Positions 49,894 through 61,474 of a DNA stretch of 64,000 nucleotides are shown piece after piece. The notes beneath the pieces are model-generated. The model ran no database searches and had not been told where the DNA came from. It worked only from the letters and a program-made list of their open reading frames with translations. Each line of letters starts with the position of its first letter. The first letter of the stretch is position 1. Made by a program: the position numbers and the translations under genes. The DNA comes from Utricularia gibba (taxonomy: Eukaryota; Plantae; Magnoliophyta), in contig NEEC01000010.1 of NCBI GenBank assembly GCA_002189035.1, forward strand, positions 1,178,001-1,242,000, read 5' to 3'.

Positions 49894-52050
49894 ATGGCGG
49901 TGATTTCGTTGGCGAGGCAGTTGAAGAGACTTCCGACTGGGTTTCCAGCAAGGGCACTTCTTTGTTCATTGTCATGCGTGATGAGCTTGGGCACCCCCAG
50001 GGATTCGGAACAACTACCGTCCTTATCAGAATTCGAAGCAAGGATTCTCGATTTTGAGAAGGCGCTTTGTCCTGAGAGTTTGGTTTCTTATTTGGAAAAA
50101 ACGACTGAATTGGGATCCTCACTGAAGGTCTTCAGGTGGGCTTCCCTTCAAAAGAGATATAAACACACAGCTCAAACTTACAAGATGATAATTTTGAAGC
50201 TGGGTATGGCGGGGCAAGTGCGGGAGATGGAGGATTTCTGTAGTGAAATGGCGAGGGGAAAATATGACGGAGCTGATAAATCGTTTTTCGAATTGATTGA
50301 TTCATTTGCTCACAATGGGAGGTTTAATGAAGCATTAAGGGTTCTTCATTTTATGATCGCTGGTGGTATTAAACCTTCTCTAGAAGCGTTTAATGTGTTA
50401 ATGGGTGCAGTTGTTGAGCAAAGGAGAGACCTCAAAGATGCTGTTTTTGTGTACAAAGAAATGGTCAAAGCAGGGGTACTTCCCGATATATGCACATTCA
50501 ACTGCCTTATTGATTCTTTGTTTGAGTCAGGGAGAATTGATGCAGCTGTCGATCAGTATAGAAGCTTGAAGAAGAAAGGATGTAATCCTAATAGCAACAC
50601 CTTTCGAATCGTGATAAGCCATCTTGCTGCTATGGATCGAGTGCAGCAATCTGTTATCATTCTGGAGGAGATTTTTCAATGTGGATGTGAGCCAGACATT
50701 AGTTTTTACACTGTTTTAATACCTATGTTTTGCAATATTGGAGATCTTGAGATAGGAATGAAGTTATATGAAAAGATGGAGGCGTCGAATATAACTCCGA
50801 ATTATGATATTTATGCTGCTTTAATAAAATGCCTGTGTGACCATCTTCAGTTGACTGCTGCAATCAAGTTTATTGAGGAGATGACAGATTCCAGTTTAAC
50901 TCCTGATTATTTTGTATACCAGGATGTGGTTACTGGGCTTCACAAGATCGATAAATTAAATGAGGCACATACCCTGCTGCAGGAGAGGCATTTGATGAAC
51001 GCTGGTTTCCATAATGCCATTCTTTCAGCCTATTGTGATTGTGGTAATCTTTCAATGGCTGAAGATAAGTTCAATGATATGCTTGATGGTCATATATGTG
51101 ATGCTGTCTCTTGGAATACTATAATCAGATGTTTTTCTGAGAGAACTCGAATTGATAAAGCATTGAAGTACCTATGCCAGATGATTGTTCATTCGTTCAT
51201 TCCTGACTCTACTATTTTCTCTGCTCTTATCCTCGGGTATTCCCGAGCAGGAAATGTTGTATCAGCCTTAGCTCTATATCACCAAATGAGAGCCAAGCGT
51301 TGGGTGTTGGATAATGGCCCATATGCCGAATTTGTTAAATGCCTTTGTGTGAATGGAAGCATTTCTGAGGCTTCTGACGTATTTCAATGTATGACTAATG
51401 AAGGTTCTGCTCTTGAATTTTCCTCACTCGGTATGCTGATTGAGAAATTATGTACCACTGGAGAAGTGAAGAAAGCGGTTGACTTTTTATCATTGGCTCA
51501 TTCTGTCTATTCATGCTCAATATTTACTATGTATAATAGCATTTTGAGAGGTTTATCTAAATCTGGCCAGGAAAATTATCTCCAAGTGATGCTTTCCAGA
51601 ATGATAGTCTCTGGATACAGCTTTGAGGTTGAAACATATCACAGCCTCATCCAGTGGATGAGTTCTTGTGGCCGGGGAACAGAGTCTGCTTACATATTCA
51701 GCTCAATGATAAGAGATGGGTTGATCCCTGACTCTGAAACATTATCTTGTTTATTGGATTGCTTGTACAAGTATTCTAAAGTTCACTTGGTCTTGCCTTG
51801 CCTGACTAAGCTTGCATCAGGCTCAGAAATTCTTGATCAGGGAATGTATAGATTGCTCATTGATACCCTCTGGAGGGCGGGACATAAGGCTGAAACAAGT
51901 AGCTTGCTGGACTTAATGCTGGAAAAGGGCTGGATCCCCGAGGCTTCTGTGCATTCGTTACTTATGGGTTCTGTTACAGAAAAGAGTACAAGCAAGCGAA
52001 TGGATGACAGCATCAGTTACATACTTGAAGAAGGACTGCAGAGTGCATGA
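49894..52050 (+). CDS. P-class pentatricopeptide repeat protein, 718 aa, intronless, probably organelle-targeted
   Basis: Tandem 35-aa motifs (PSLEAFNVLMGA, PDICTFNCLIDSL, PNSNTFRIVISHL, PDISFYTVLIPMF, DAVSWNTIIRCF). No E/DYW tail. Arg/Leu/Ser-rich presequence. Confidence 0.93.
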   Translation: MAVISLARQLKRLPTGFPARALLCSLSCVMSLGTPRDSEQLPSLSEFEARILDFEKALCPESLVSYLEKTTELGSSLKVFRWASLQKRYKHTAQTYKMIILKLGMAGQVREMEDFCSEMARGKYDGADKSFFELIDSFAHNGRFNEALRVLHFMIAGGIKPSLEAFNVLMGAVVEQRRDLKDAVFVYKEMVKAGVLPDICTFNCLIDSLFESGRIDAAVDQYRSLKKKGCNPNSNTFRIVISHLAAMDRVQQSVIILEEIFQCGCEPDISFYTVLIPMFCNIGDLEIGMKLYEKMEASNITPNYDIYAALIKCLCDHLQLTAAIKFIEEMTDSSLTPDYFVYQDVVTGLHKIDKLNEAHTLLQERHLMNAGFHNAILSAYCDCGNLSMAEDKFNDMLDGHICDAVSWNTIIRCFSERTRIDKALKYLCQMIVHSFIPDSTIFSALILGYSRAGNVVSALALYHQMRAKRWVLDNGPYAEFVKCLCVNGSISEASDVFQCMTNEGSALEFSSLGMLIEKLCTTGEVKKAVDFLSLAHSVYSCSIFTMYNSILRGLSKSGQENYLQVMLSRMIVSGYSFEVETYHSLIQWMSSCGRGTESAYIFSSMIRDGLIPDSETLSCLLDCLYKYSKVHLVLPCLTKLASGSEILDQGMYRLLIDTLWRAGHKAETSSLLDLMLEKGWIPEASVHSLLMGSVTEKSTSKRMDDSISYILEEGLQSA

Positions 52051-53079
52051 AATGTCTTGTAGCTGGATCACATGCAGTTATAGATTCAGTTTAGCCAAAG
52101 GAGTGCTGAGAATGCAATCCACGCGGCAGTTCTGATATGCAACCTTGCATTTTCAGTGACATCTATCTTAAGGAAGATGTACTGATTGAGGTCCCTGTGC
52201 AAAATATCTTGCGGTTTTACAATCTGGGAATGAGCAGTGTAATGAAAAAAAAAAAAAAGGTTTTCCACTTGGATACGCGGTTTTTCTCTGATGGCCTTGC
52301 ATTCATCCCCTGGAGCACTTACCTCAAAAGGCACTGAGAAAACTGCTTACTGGAAGACACGTAAGCAGCTCATCCTTTCCAGTTTCTCTGTTATTTTAGT
52401 GCCTTCTTGCCATTGATACTGTTATATTATGGTAATGGATTTTGCCAGTTACGCTGCCTTGATTCTTCTAAGTTGCGACACACAAGTTCTTGTTCCGGAT
52501 ATACAAATAGAAGAAATTTCAACTTATGCCATATGCCTCCTCTTTGCGGTAACACTTGTGATTCCTCAAAGTTGGCTTCCTCTAATTATTGCCAAAGAGG
52601 CTTCTGCAGAAAACAGAAAAGCCAAAGTTGATCTGTCATCTAATGTATCAAGCACACCATTGTCATAGGAACCGAACGTTTTATACATGGCAAAGAGGTT
52701 TGTATACATGATGCAACACTTTTACACTTAATTTCTGTCTTTTAGAAGAACCCTCAGGAATGAAACGATTCACTATCCTGCTTTCAGCTCACTGACGTTC
52801 CATTAGACTGCAAAGTAGCCATGAGAATTCACTTTCGAAATGATAATCACAAGTAGCCAAATGGAGCACAACATGAAACATGAACATTCACAATATGAAT
52901 GACAATTAATAGCATTGTCAAACTCGATACAACTACAACATCAAGCATAACTGGGGCCCGTGGTGTCGACTGAAAATACAACAAATTCGATGAATCTTCT
53001 AAGAATAACAGCCCCTGATGCTTCAGATTCAGATTATGATCAGAATCATGGTTCAAAACAGAGTGACTTATCTTCCATA

Positions 53080-54029
53080 TCACTTGTCCTGCTCACCGTC
53101 CATTAAAACATCACAAGAAAAAGAGCCATTCGGCATATCATCTGATGCCTCCAAACCAGTGCTTCTACCATCCTTGGTGCTTTCTGCAACTAATCCTTCC
53201 ACATCCTCCTCGACAGCATCAGTCATCATAGCTTCAACCTCACCAGCCTCATCATCACTTTCTCCTACCAATTCTCCAACTGCAGCTGATAAATCATCCA
53301 TTTTCTCACCTACTGTTACCAAATTCGTGTCATTATTTGGTAGTTGTTCTTCATTCCCATTAGCATTACGCAAACTTTCATTAGTTTCTGGCTTGACAGC
53401 CTGCCCACTCTGAGCACAAGCACCAACCGCAGCATCAGTAGATGATTCTTTCTTCTTCAACTTATCTCTCTTCACCAAATTGGCAAGATTCTCCAAAGCA
53501 TCTCTTGCTCTTTTCCGAGTAAACGCAGCCTCCATTGCTCTTCTCTCGGCCTCTTGTCTCGCTGCAGCTGCGGCTTTATTCATAGAAATGGCAGCTATCT
53601 TTGCCGCAGCAAGTAACTTCCTCGCTCCATCTGCGTCAATTACTCTGCAACCTTCCATTTTGGGGGCTTCGATGCTGGTCCCTTTCGCGAATTTCAATTT
53701 GAAGATTGGGGTGTTTGGGGAAGCGCAAAGGGGCAAATGTAGGGCTTGGAAAGGGGAGTCTTCGCCTCCACGACGCAGCGATGGTGGGAAATCGAGTGGC
53801 ATCTGGCGCATGTTAAAACGGCGTCGTTCGGAGGAGGCGAAGGGTGAACCTGAAAGCAGGTAGGGCAGAAGGATTGAGGATGGAGGCGGAGAACACAGCC
53901 GGTACAGAGGCGGCGGAAGGTGTTCCTCTGATTGACGTGGTGTAGTAGTTTCCGCTCCACCACGCCGCAGTTGCCGCACTCCGCCGCAACGTCGGTGTTG
54001 ACGGCGATTGAATCAGGCATTCCCACCAT
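53080..54029 (-). CDS. PHD-like Zn-finger plus coiled-coil protein (At1g09520-like); -1 frameshift at 53730-53733 as assembled
   Basis: CGNCG...LCTGCVLRLHPQSFCPTCF...CARCHSISHHRC...YICP in one frame continues as LCASPNTPIF...LLAAAKIAAISMNKAA...RKRARDALE in the adjacent frame. Confidence 0.85.
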
Positions 54030-54191
54030 GAGATTTCGCCGCTGGACCGGCGGAATGGAGTTCTTTTACTTGTTCTGTAGAAGGATTTTTTGTTACTTTG
54101 GCCCCATTATTATTTTTTAAAAAAAAGACTCCCGCCCACTAACGCGCCCAAGAGTATACAGTTGACAAATATACCAACCCATTCGTAGTCC

Positions 54192-54390
54192 AGCCCATTG
54201 GGCTCCCCAGTATATTAAAGTGTGGGCCGTAGGATTGAGCCAATAGGCCCATAGCCCGCTCAATGAAGGAAATGGCTTCCGGTAAATCGGATGATTCGTC
54301 TATACTGGTTCTCATTTTGCCGTCGATTGGAACCGCCGAGTTTTGGTACCTGCGGCCGGCTTCTTGCAGCTTTCTCTGTCGTAAACCCTA
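54192..54390. promoter_or_regulatory. Site II cluster (AGCCCA, TGGGCT, TGGGCC, GGCCCA) plus telo-box (54383-54390) in a divergent promoter
   Basis: Four site II matches within 60 bp, between head-to-head ATGs about 600 bp apart. Confidence 0.65.
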
Positions 54391-54632
54391 CGCGTGATCC
54401 TACCAAGCCGATTAAAAAAAAGAGGATCAGAATCGGTAAGAATTGACGCCTCTCTTCACAATTCGGTTGCGGCGTATGTTGTCCTGTGGCGCGTGAGAGC
54501 TTTTTTCTTTTCTAATGTCTGCGTGTCTGTTTCTTTTCTTCGGGTATTCGGAGTTGTACTGTGTATCGTGTATATTGATGTTTTCTACTTGTCATCTCTT
54601 TCAGGGCTCCTTGTTAGAGTGAAGCGCTCATT

Positions 54633-55816
54633 ATGGTGTCAAAACTGATAAATGCAAATCCTGTTGTGTATGAGACAAAGGAGCGGCGAGCTGTAGTATC
54701 TGCGGCGGATTTCGATGAATATTCTGTAGAAGAGATTGATCAGCTAGAAATTTTTGATATCCTTTAAACTTGGTTTTCCTGAATGAAATAGCTCCATTTC
54801 AGGTCCTTTCTGTATTGCCTAAGTTTCTATTTGGAATTCTCTTCTTAAACTCATAAATGCTTCCTGACTCACCAAGTATGATATTATGTATGTGTTGATA
54901 TGATTTGAGATCTATTTTTGTATATCTTAATTCTCAAACATCATATTCGAGATATCAAAGATCCTGAGCACCCTTTCTCGTTGGAACAGTTGAAAGTCGT
55001 AACTGAAGATTCCATAGATGTTGATGACAAGAAAAGCTATGTGAGGTAAGATGAATGCAGTGTACCTCCATCTAATTAGAACTGAATTGCAACCCTGTTT
55101 TGCTTCATTCTTTGGGAGCAGGGTTACTTTTACTCCAACTGTAGAGCACTGCAGCTTGGCAACAGTGATTGGATTATGCTTGCGTGTGAAACTCATGCGA
55201 GCGTTGCCATCTCGTTACAAGGTACGCGTAGTTGAACTAATGAATACATTAAGAATTCTGCAATGTGCGTCAGTTAGAAACTTTCTTCTTGAAGAATAAC
55301 CACCATGATGATGATGCTTACGTTTCCTTTTCAGATTGACATTCGAGTTGCTCCTGGTACTCATGCCACGGAAGCAGCAGGTTTGCCTGTCTACCCCTCT
55401 GTATTAACATGGATTACATTAGCAAAGATGCCCACCTATTGATCATTGCATGTCACTCTCTGCAAAACAGAGCATGTTTCATCTTGAGTCTGTCGTCCCA
55501 GTCTATGAATAGTTTTGGTGTTATTTTGTTCGTTAGATTTCTCCGTTGATGCTGTAACAAATGAAATAAATGCATGAGGTGTATTTCTTAAAGTAATGTG
55601 TTGTCAACTGCATAGTCCCTACTCAAAAACAGGATCACAACCATTTTCGCAAACTCCCATCCCCAAGTTTGTTGTTTGCTACCAGGATACTGAAATAAGG
55701 CCGGTCATCCTGCAGTTAACAAACAGCTGAACGACAAAGAAAGGGTGGCAGCCGCCTTAGATAATCCAAGCATCATCAGCATGCTTGACGAGTGCCTTGC
55801 CCCATCCTACAGATGA
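54633..55816 (+). CDS. AE7: AE7 / MIP18 / CIA2 (FAM96) cytosolic Fe-S assembly protein, 5 exons
   Basis: [77 protein letters not shown]. Confidence 0.95.
54757..54939 (+). other. U12-type (minor spliceosome) AT-AC intron in AE7
   Basis: 5' splice site ATATCCTTT, branch-like TCTTAAT at 54925-54931, 3' splice site CAAAC. Removal gives in-frame [12 protein letters not shown]. Confidence 0.93.
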
Positions 55817-57280
55817 CCAGATGCTTCCATCCGCGTCCAGGTTACAGCACTTTTTCCTTTACATGGACTGGCAGCTTGTATAATTTGAAGACGCGAGCTT
55901 GCTACAGCTTATCTTGGTTCATGTAATGTGTTGCATCTTGTTATTGCTCATAGCATAACGAGGTAACGTGGGGTTGCTTCATGTGTATGGGTCATTACTT
56001 TAAGTATTTGATATTGGTTTTGAGCTTTTTAACTAGCAAAAGAGTGAAAATGCTGTTTCTGAGCATTACAAATTACAACTCATGCCCGTGAATCGTTTCT
56101 TTCTGCTGCTGTAACATCTTGTTCATCTCTCCTCTATGGCGGACAGAGAACAGCGTTTAACCATGAAACAAATCACGAACCAAGATGGATCATGAGCCGT
56201 GTCGGCATCTGTGCCCTTCTATTGAGGTCGTCGGTACCAGAAATCCAAAGCCTAGAACAATTAAAGTGGATTCAATAAATAACGATTTGGATTCTTGGCG
56301 GTCCAACCCAGTGAAGCAGCACTGTTTGAATGACCCAATCGAAGCAGGACTAGCCTTGCCTCGCAGAAGATTCTGGAATGATTTTTAATCCTTTTCTCTT
56401 GTCGGGATTTTGTCAGGATAAAGATGGCTGGTTTGGTTGTCTGTTCAGGCAGGTGATGGGCTTGTGTGGATAAGGACCTAATTCAATAAATAGTACTTAT
56501 TAGTTATTGCTGATTGATTGATTATTCACAACCGTCGCTTGATATCGGAAGGAGCGGAGGTGGCAACTAGTGGGATGATTTGTAGAATGAATAACGCGCA
56601 CCAACGTCAGTTTTCAAACATTCTCCCCGTTTGCAACTTCACTGTCATTCTGGGCTTTCTGTTTATGGAGCGTTCTTGGAGATAAGAAAGAAAACTGAAG
56701 AAGAAGGAGAAAACGTGTGTGTGTGTGCGAGATTGTTAAACAGGGCACTGTTTCCGACAGGTTTCTATTTTTTAGAAAATGCCGCGATGGTTGTTTGTCC
56801 TAATTATTGAGGTTGTTGTTCGCAAACTGATTAGGATTCTTAGTGAACCTAGAATAAGCTTAGAAGAATGATTTAGATTTTGCTTCTTTCATGTTTTTTT
56901 TTGGAGGATATGCGAGTCATGTGTATGGGTTTTTCGTATTGACTTATTTGTCTGTATGCCCAAAAGTTTTAAGAATGTTAGTTTGGCTGGAAAAGCTTGA
57001 TGCGAACAAGCCAGCTGAAAGTCCGTACAATGTTCTAGACTGTGATTTGGTGCTACTTTTCATACAATTTTTTTAATTCACAACGTGAATTGTATCCTTA
57101 AGGATGTCTTGGATTGTAGGTGTTGCTCATTTGGATTCCATTTTTAGGTTTCATGGTGGTTTTTCTGGTCCAAAGTGTAAGCTTGGGAAGATCTGTGTCT
57201 CTGGACCGCAGAAACTTATGTACTGATAATCTTCTGCTTCGAGCCTACCATTGTGCATATTGTTTTTTCAATTTAAAAGA

Positions 57281-59577
57281 ATGTCATTTGGAAGAAAGCA
57301 TGGATCTGGGGATTATTCTTCATTTCTGAATGATATTTCGTCTTGGTAATAATGATCATTTGTTCATGGGTTTTTTTTGTTATATTATGCTTTCCTGTTT
57401 CAAACTGTTGGCTTGTTTGATTCAGGGCTGATAATGATTTCGCTGAGTTAGTATGGGAGAATGGACAACTAATGGTGAAAAGTCAAGCTCCCTTGACAGG
57501 AAGCTCACATTTTGCAGCCTCTGGAGCTCATGCGGATGCAGAGGAAGAGCAGTCAGCTTTTTCAAAAACGGGAAAGTTTGTCGATGTTGAGACTTTTTTG
57601 CCTGATAAGCCATCGTTATTATCCTCAGGTGAAGTGGATTTGTGTCCAAATGATGAAGTGGTTCCATGGTTAGGCTATCCTTTTGGTAATTATTCTGAAC
57701 AGCAGTACAGCCCTAAGCTTCTGCCCGAGGTATCTAGAGATATGGGAAGCGGGTTTTCGACATATAATAACTCAGTGGAAAATATGAATGGTGGTGGAGT
57801 GTCAAATGTGCTGCATGCCTGCATTGATACATCAAAGGCTTCTAATTTTCCTGGTGAGACCAGTGTTCTGTTGTCACCTCAGGATACACGGATATCAGGA
57901 GATGCAGGATTTGAAGTTTTGGATTTTTCGAGCACCCAAACTGAGGATAAGATAGAGGGTCGAAGAAAAGGACTGCCAATGCCAGCTTCAAAGTGGGTGA
58001 ATTTCCCCCATTTTTCAAAACTCACCACCAGTCTCCCAAAGCCTTCTGAGGTTTCAAGTTCTGTTTTATCAGCCGAGAGAAAGTTGCAAAGCCGTGGCAA
58101 AAGTTTGGCTGTCGATGATAGTTCAGAAAAATGCAGGAACCCTGTGCTATATGATAGCAGGAGTAAAGATGCTGAGTTCCATGGCCCGTTTGTATCAGAT
58201 GCAGTCTCAAATTTTGAGCAACCGGTGATCAATTTATTGGATGAAGAAAGGAATGATGTTTCAGAGAAAGATGCTGCCATCATCAACAATGAAAAGTGTC
58301 CAACTTCTGTTGACTGGTTTAATGAAATCCCTGGTGATGGGAGATCTCTTGAGACCCATGTTGCCTGCTCATCCACAGGCATTGCTCCTGGCGCTGATCT
58401 AATTTCATGCAATCAAACAAAGTTTGATGACAACGAGGATTCCCAAAGCCACAGCAACGTGGGTGAATGGAGATCAGCCTTCTCCATTGCTTGTTTTCTT
58501 TATCTATTATTCATCTTTTTGACTGATGAACAGGATAGCGTCTCGGAATGTGATGGATCCAAACGGCCTATTCCTCCTCGAAAAAGCTCTGGGTCGAAAA
58601 GAAGGCGGATAGCTGAAGTGCATAATCGTTCAGAAAAGGTTAGCAATGAAATATTTGAATTTTTTATTCTGCTGACCTGCATCTTTCTGCTAGTTTCTTC
58701 TGCATTTGATCTCATCTCTGTAAATTCATGTGGTTTTTTTATGAATGATCTATCAAACAGAGGCGTCGGAGTAGGATCAACGAGAAAATGAAAGAACTTC
58801 AGGAACTTCTACCCAATTCCATTAAGGTAGAGTGTGAGATTTCTCCTTTGGGTGGCAACCTTTAGCATCCTTTGATCTGTCCTGTTGGTCTCTTGAAAAT
58901 TTAGTTCCTTCACGAGCTGAGTGTTTCACCTTTCTCCTCTGCTCTCATCTTTTTTCCATTGGCAGACAGATAAAGCTTCAATGCTGGATCAAGCAACTGA
59001 ATACTTGAGAATGCTGAAACATCAAGTACAGGTAATTTTGGAGCTTCCCTATTCTCACTGTTTAATTTCTCGAGCATTGCATGAACGGCACTGGTTCTCT
59101 GTTACATATGATTTTTCCATTTTGATGGTTGCGTATGGCCTGTCATTCAGATTCGCAATTTATCCTCTGATGCAGGTTATGTCCATGGGAGCAGGGATAT
59201 GCATGGTTCCAACAATGCTGCCACCAGGAATGCAAGCCGTGTATCCTTCTCGCTTCACACCTTTTCCACAAATGGGCGTTGGCTCAGGGATGGGTGCCGG
59301 ATTCGGGGTCGGCATGCCGCCGGATGCTAGGTTTCCGATGACACCGATGCAGCTACCTCACCTCCCAATGCCTGTACCAGGACAAGCCAGTTTTGCGAGA
59401 GCCGCTTGTCCTAGTGTGTGGGTGTATGGGCATCCTGGCCAAGTCGAACTGCCGCCCCAACGTTTCATCCGAATTCGCAGCATCCAGTTATTCCGGCGGC
59501 CGGAGTATCTGGCTATGGAGGTCAAGGCGAACAGCCTCCACGTTCCCCGGCCGCCGGTGATCATCCGTAAACACTAG
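57281..59577 (+). CDS. PIF3: Phytochrome-interacting bHLH factor, PIF3-like, 6 coding exons
   Basis: APB motif ELVWENGQ (57450s), DEVVPWLGYP, APA-like VNFPHFSK, and bHLH [53 protein letters not shown]. The start at 57281 is inferred from a phase-compatible short exon. Confidence 0.8.
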
Positions 59578-59790
59578 TTAGCTGAGGCCTGGGTGCCAGT
59601 TGCCCTTTTTTTTTTGAGTATGCATAGAAATTTTATTTTATTTTATTTTTCATTTTGTGAAAAGAGTAAATTCTTACAAGTGGAGTCGGATTTCCGGGTG
59701 CTCCTCTGATTATATTTATTTATTTTTGAAAAATATTTGAAACCTTATTGTATAGTTTATAAAGCTCTTTGTGTTGGGCGTGTTTCTTAT

Positions 59791-59809
59791 TGGGCTAATG
59801 TATGGCCCA
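59791..59809. promoter_or_regulatory. Site II pair (TGGGCT, GGCCCA) upstream of QCR6
   Basis: Motif matches. Site II elements are established in promoters of plant nuclear respiratory-chain genes. Confidence 0.6.
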
Positions 59810-60081
59810 ATATGACGGTTGTTCTCTTCATCTACTCCGCTCCCGTAGGAATTCTTAATAGAATAATTCCGCCCGCTTCGATTTCGCATCTCGGCGCCGC
59901 ACCACTCACTCCCGAGGTAATTTTTCGATGTTTGACGGATCCGTGATCCCGATTTCTGCTTCTCTGCTCCGATCTACGGATTTATTGGTTTCCGTTAACA
60001 GACCTGCTTATTTTTCACGTGAATTCGATTTCATTTTAGGAGTGAATTGCAGGTTTCTTGGAATTGTTGCGATTGCTCACG

Positions 60082-61124
60082 ATGTAAGTGTTCTTGTCAC
60101 TTTTATTGGTTCTTAAATCTCGTTTTTTCTCTCATCCTCTTATCTCGAATGGCAATGCTTGTTTCTGTTAACGTAAATGTGTGCTTTTTTAGTAGCATAT
60201 TTTTTTAAAAAAAATCTGCAGTTTTTTCGTGTTCGATTGGTCAAATAACATAGTATCTGAGTGATGCCCAAGGATTTTATTTCATTCCTATACTACGTTT
60301 TCGACTCCACGTGCTCGTTAAATTTTCTGGATTTTTCGTGAATCCTTCCATTGGGATGAGAAATGAACTGTGAGCTTGCGTTACACATTCTGTGGAACAG
60401 GGAAGCTCTCTGATTGGTGGTTTAGGGTTTTATCTCATCTGGGTGGAATTTAGAAGAAAGCAGATTTAAGTTTATCGGAATGAAACTTTATTATGGCTTT
60501 GAATTGATAGAAATTCTTCCTGAATTTCGTTGACGTTATGAGAACATCCTATTTTCTAGTATCCCATAAGTATGTTTTTATTTTAGGGCTGATGATGAGC
60601 CTGTAGATCCGAAGTTAGAACTTGAAGAGCGTTGCAAGGCACCGTGCACGAGGCCACTTAGAGAATATCAGGTGCTTTCACATTAAAATTTTGGATATAT
60701 ACACTTGATTCAATTTTTCAGTGGCATAAATTCAAGATCTCAATTCACAATATTTTGATTGCCACAAATTACCGAGGAATGTATGTATGTAGGAAAATTA
60801 GATCATTTTCCCTCTTCTTCAGCTATGCTTCATCAGGTCTTCATGGCATGCTACCTTCTTGAGTCGATTTGTGTTGGGCAGTTCCGCTGTATGCTATTAT
60901 ACTCACATTTTGTGTATGATAGGCATGTGCCAAGAGAATCCAGGGCGATGAATCTGGTCACAAGCACTGCACTGGACAGTACTTCGATTACTGGCGCTGT
61001 GTAGACAAATGTGTAAGCACACATCTCAAATTCTTCGAGTGTACACTCCTTGCATACTACTGATCTTTACCCTCTGAAATGGTGACCACAGGCCGCTACT
61101 AAGCTGTTTACCTATCTCAAATGA
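60082..61124 (+). CDS. QCR6: Cytochrome b-c1 complex subunit 6 (hinge protein), 69 aa, 4 coding exons
   Basis: AT|G ADDEPVDPKLELEERCKAPCTRPLREYQ|ACAKRIQGDESGHKHCTGQYFDYWRCVDKC|AATKLFTYLK*. Exons 60082-60083, 60587-60671, 60923-61012 and 61092-61124. Confidence 0.93.
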
Positions 61125-61474
61125 CAAGATGGCCACCTTATTTAGATCATTTTCTCGTTTATCCTTCTGTTGTCAATGGGTACAACGATTTGAATGTTGC
61201 TCCTTGTTGGGTCAATAAATGGATAGTCAATCTCGAGATTGGCATGCTTTGAAAATGTGTGGAGGTGGATTTGCTTCACCCTTCTGATTTATATTATAAA
61301 CGCCTGTTTCACAGGTTTGATCTCATCTTTATCGTAGAATCATTGAAAAACATGCATTGGTTTGGCTTGGATGAGAAGGCCATCCTAGAAAACGCATATA
61401 TTCTTATTGTACCGAAGGTGCATTACTTGGAGAAAATAGCGTGACTGAAAATACAGTTTTGAATCTGTGTAATG

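Noticed and set aside
8629-53733. Programmed ribosomal frameshifting or RNA editing as the explanation for the four frameshifts
   Set aside because: There are no slippery heptamers or shared downstream structure, and no precedent in these plant nuclear families. Homopolymer sequencing error is the simpler explanation.
56185-56388. 67-aa ORF between AE7 and PIF3
   Set aside because: No homology recognised and no supporting exon structure. Probably non-coding or UTR.
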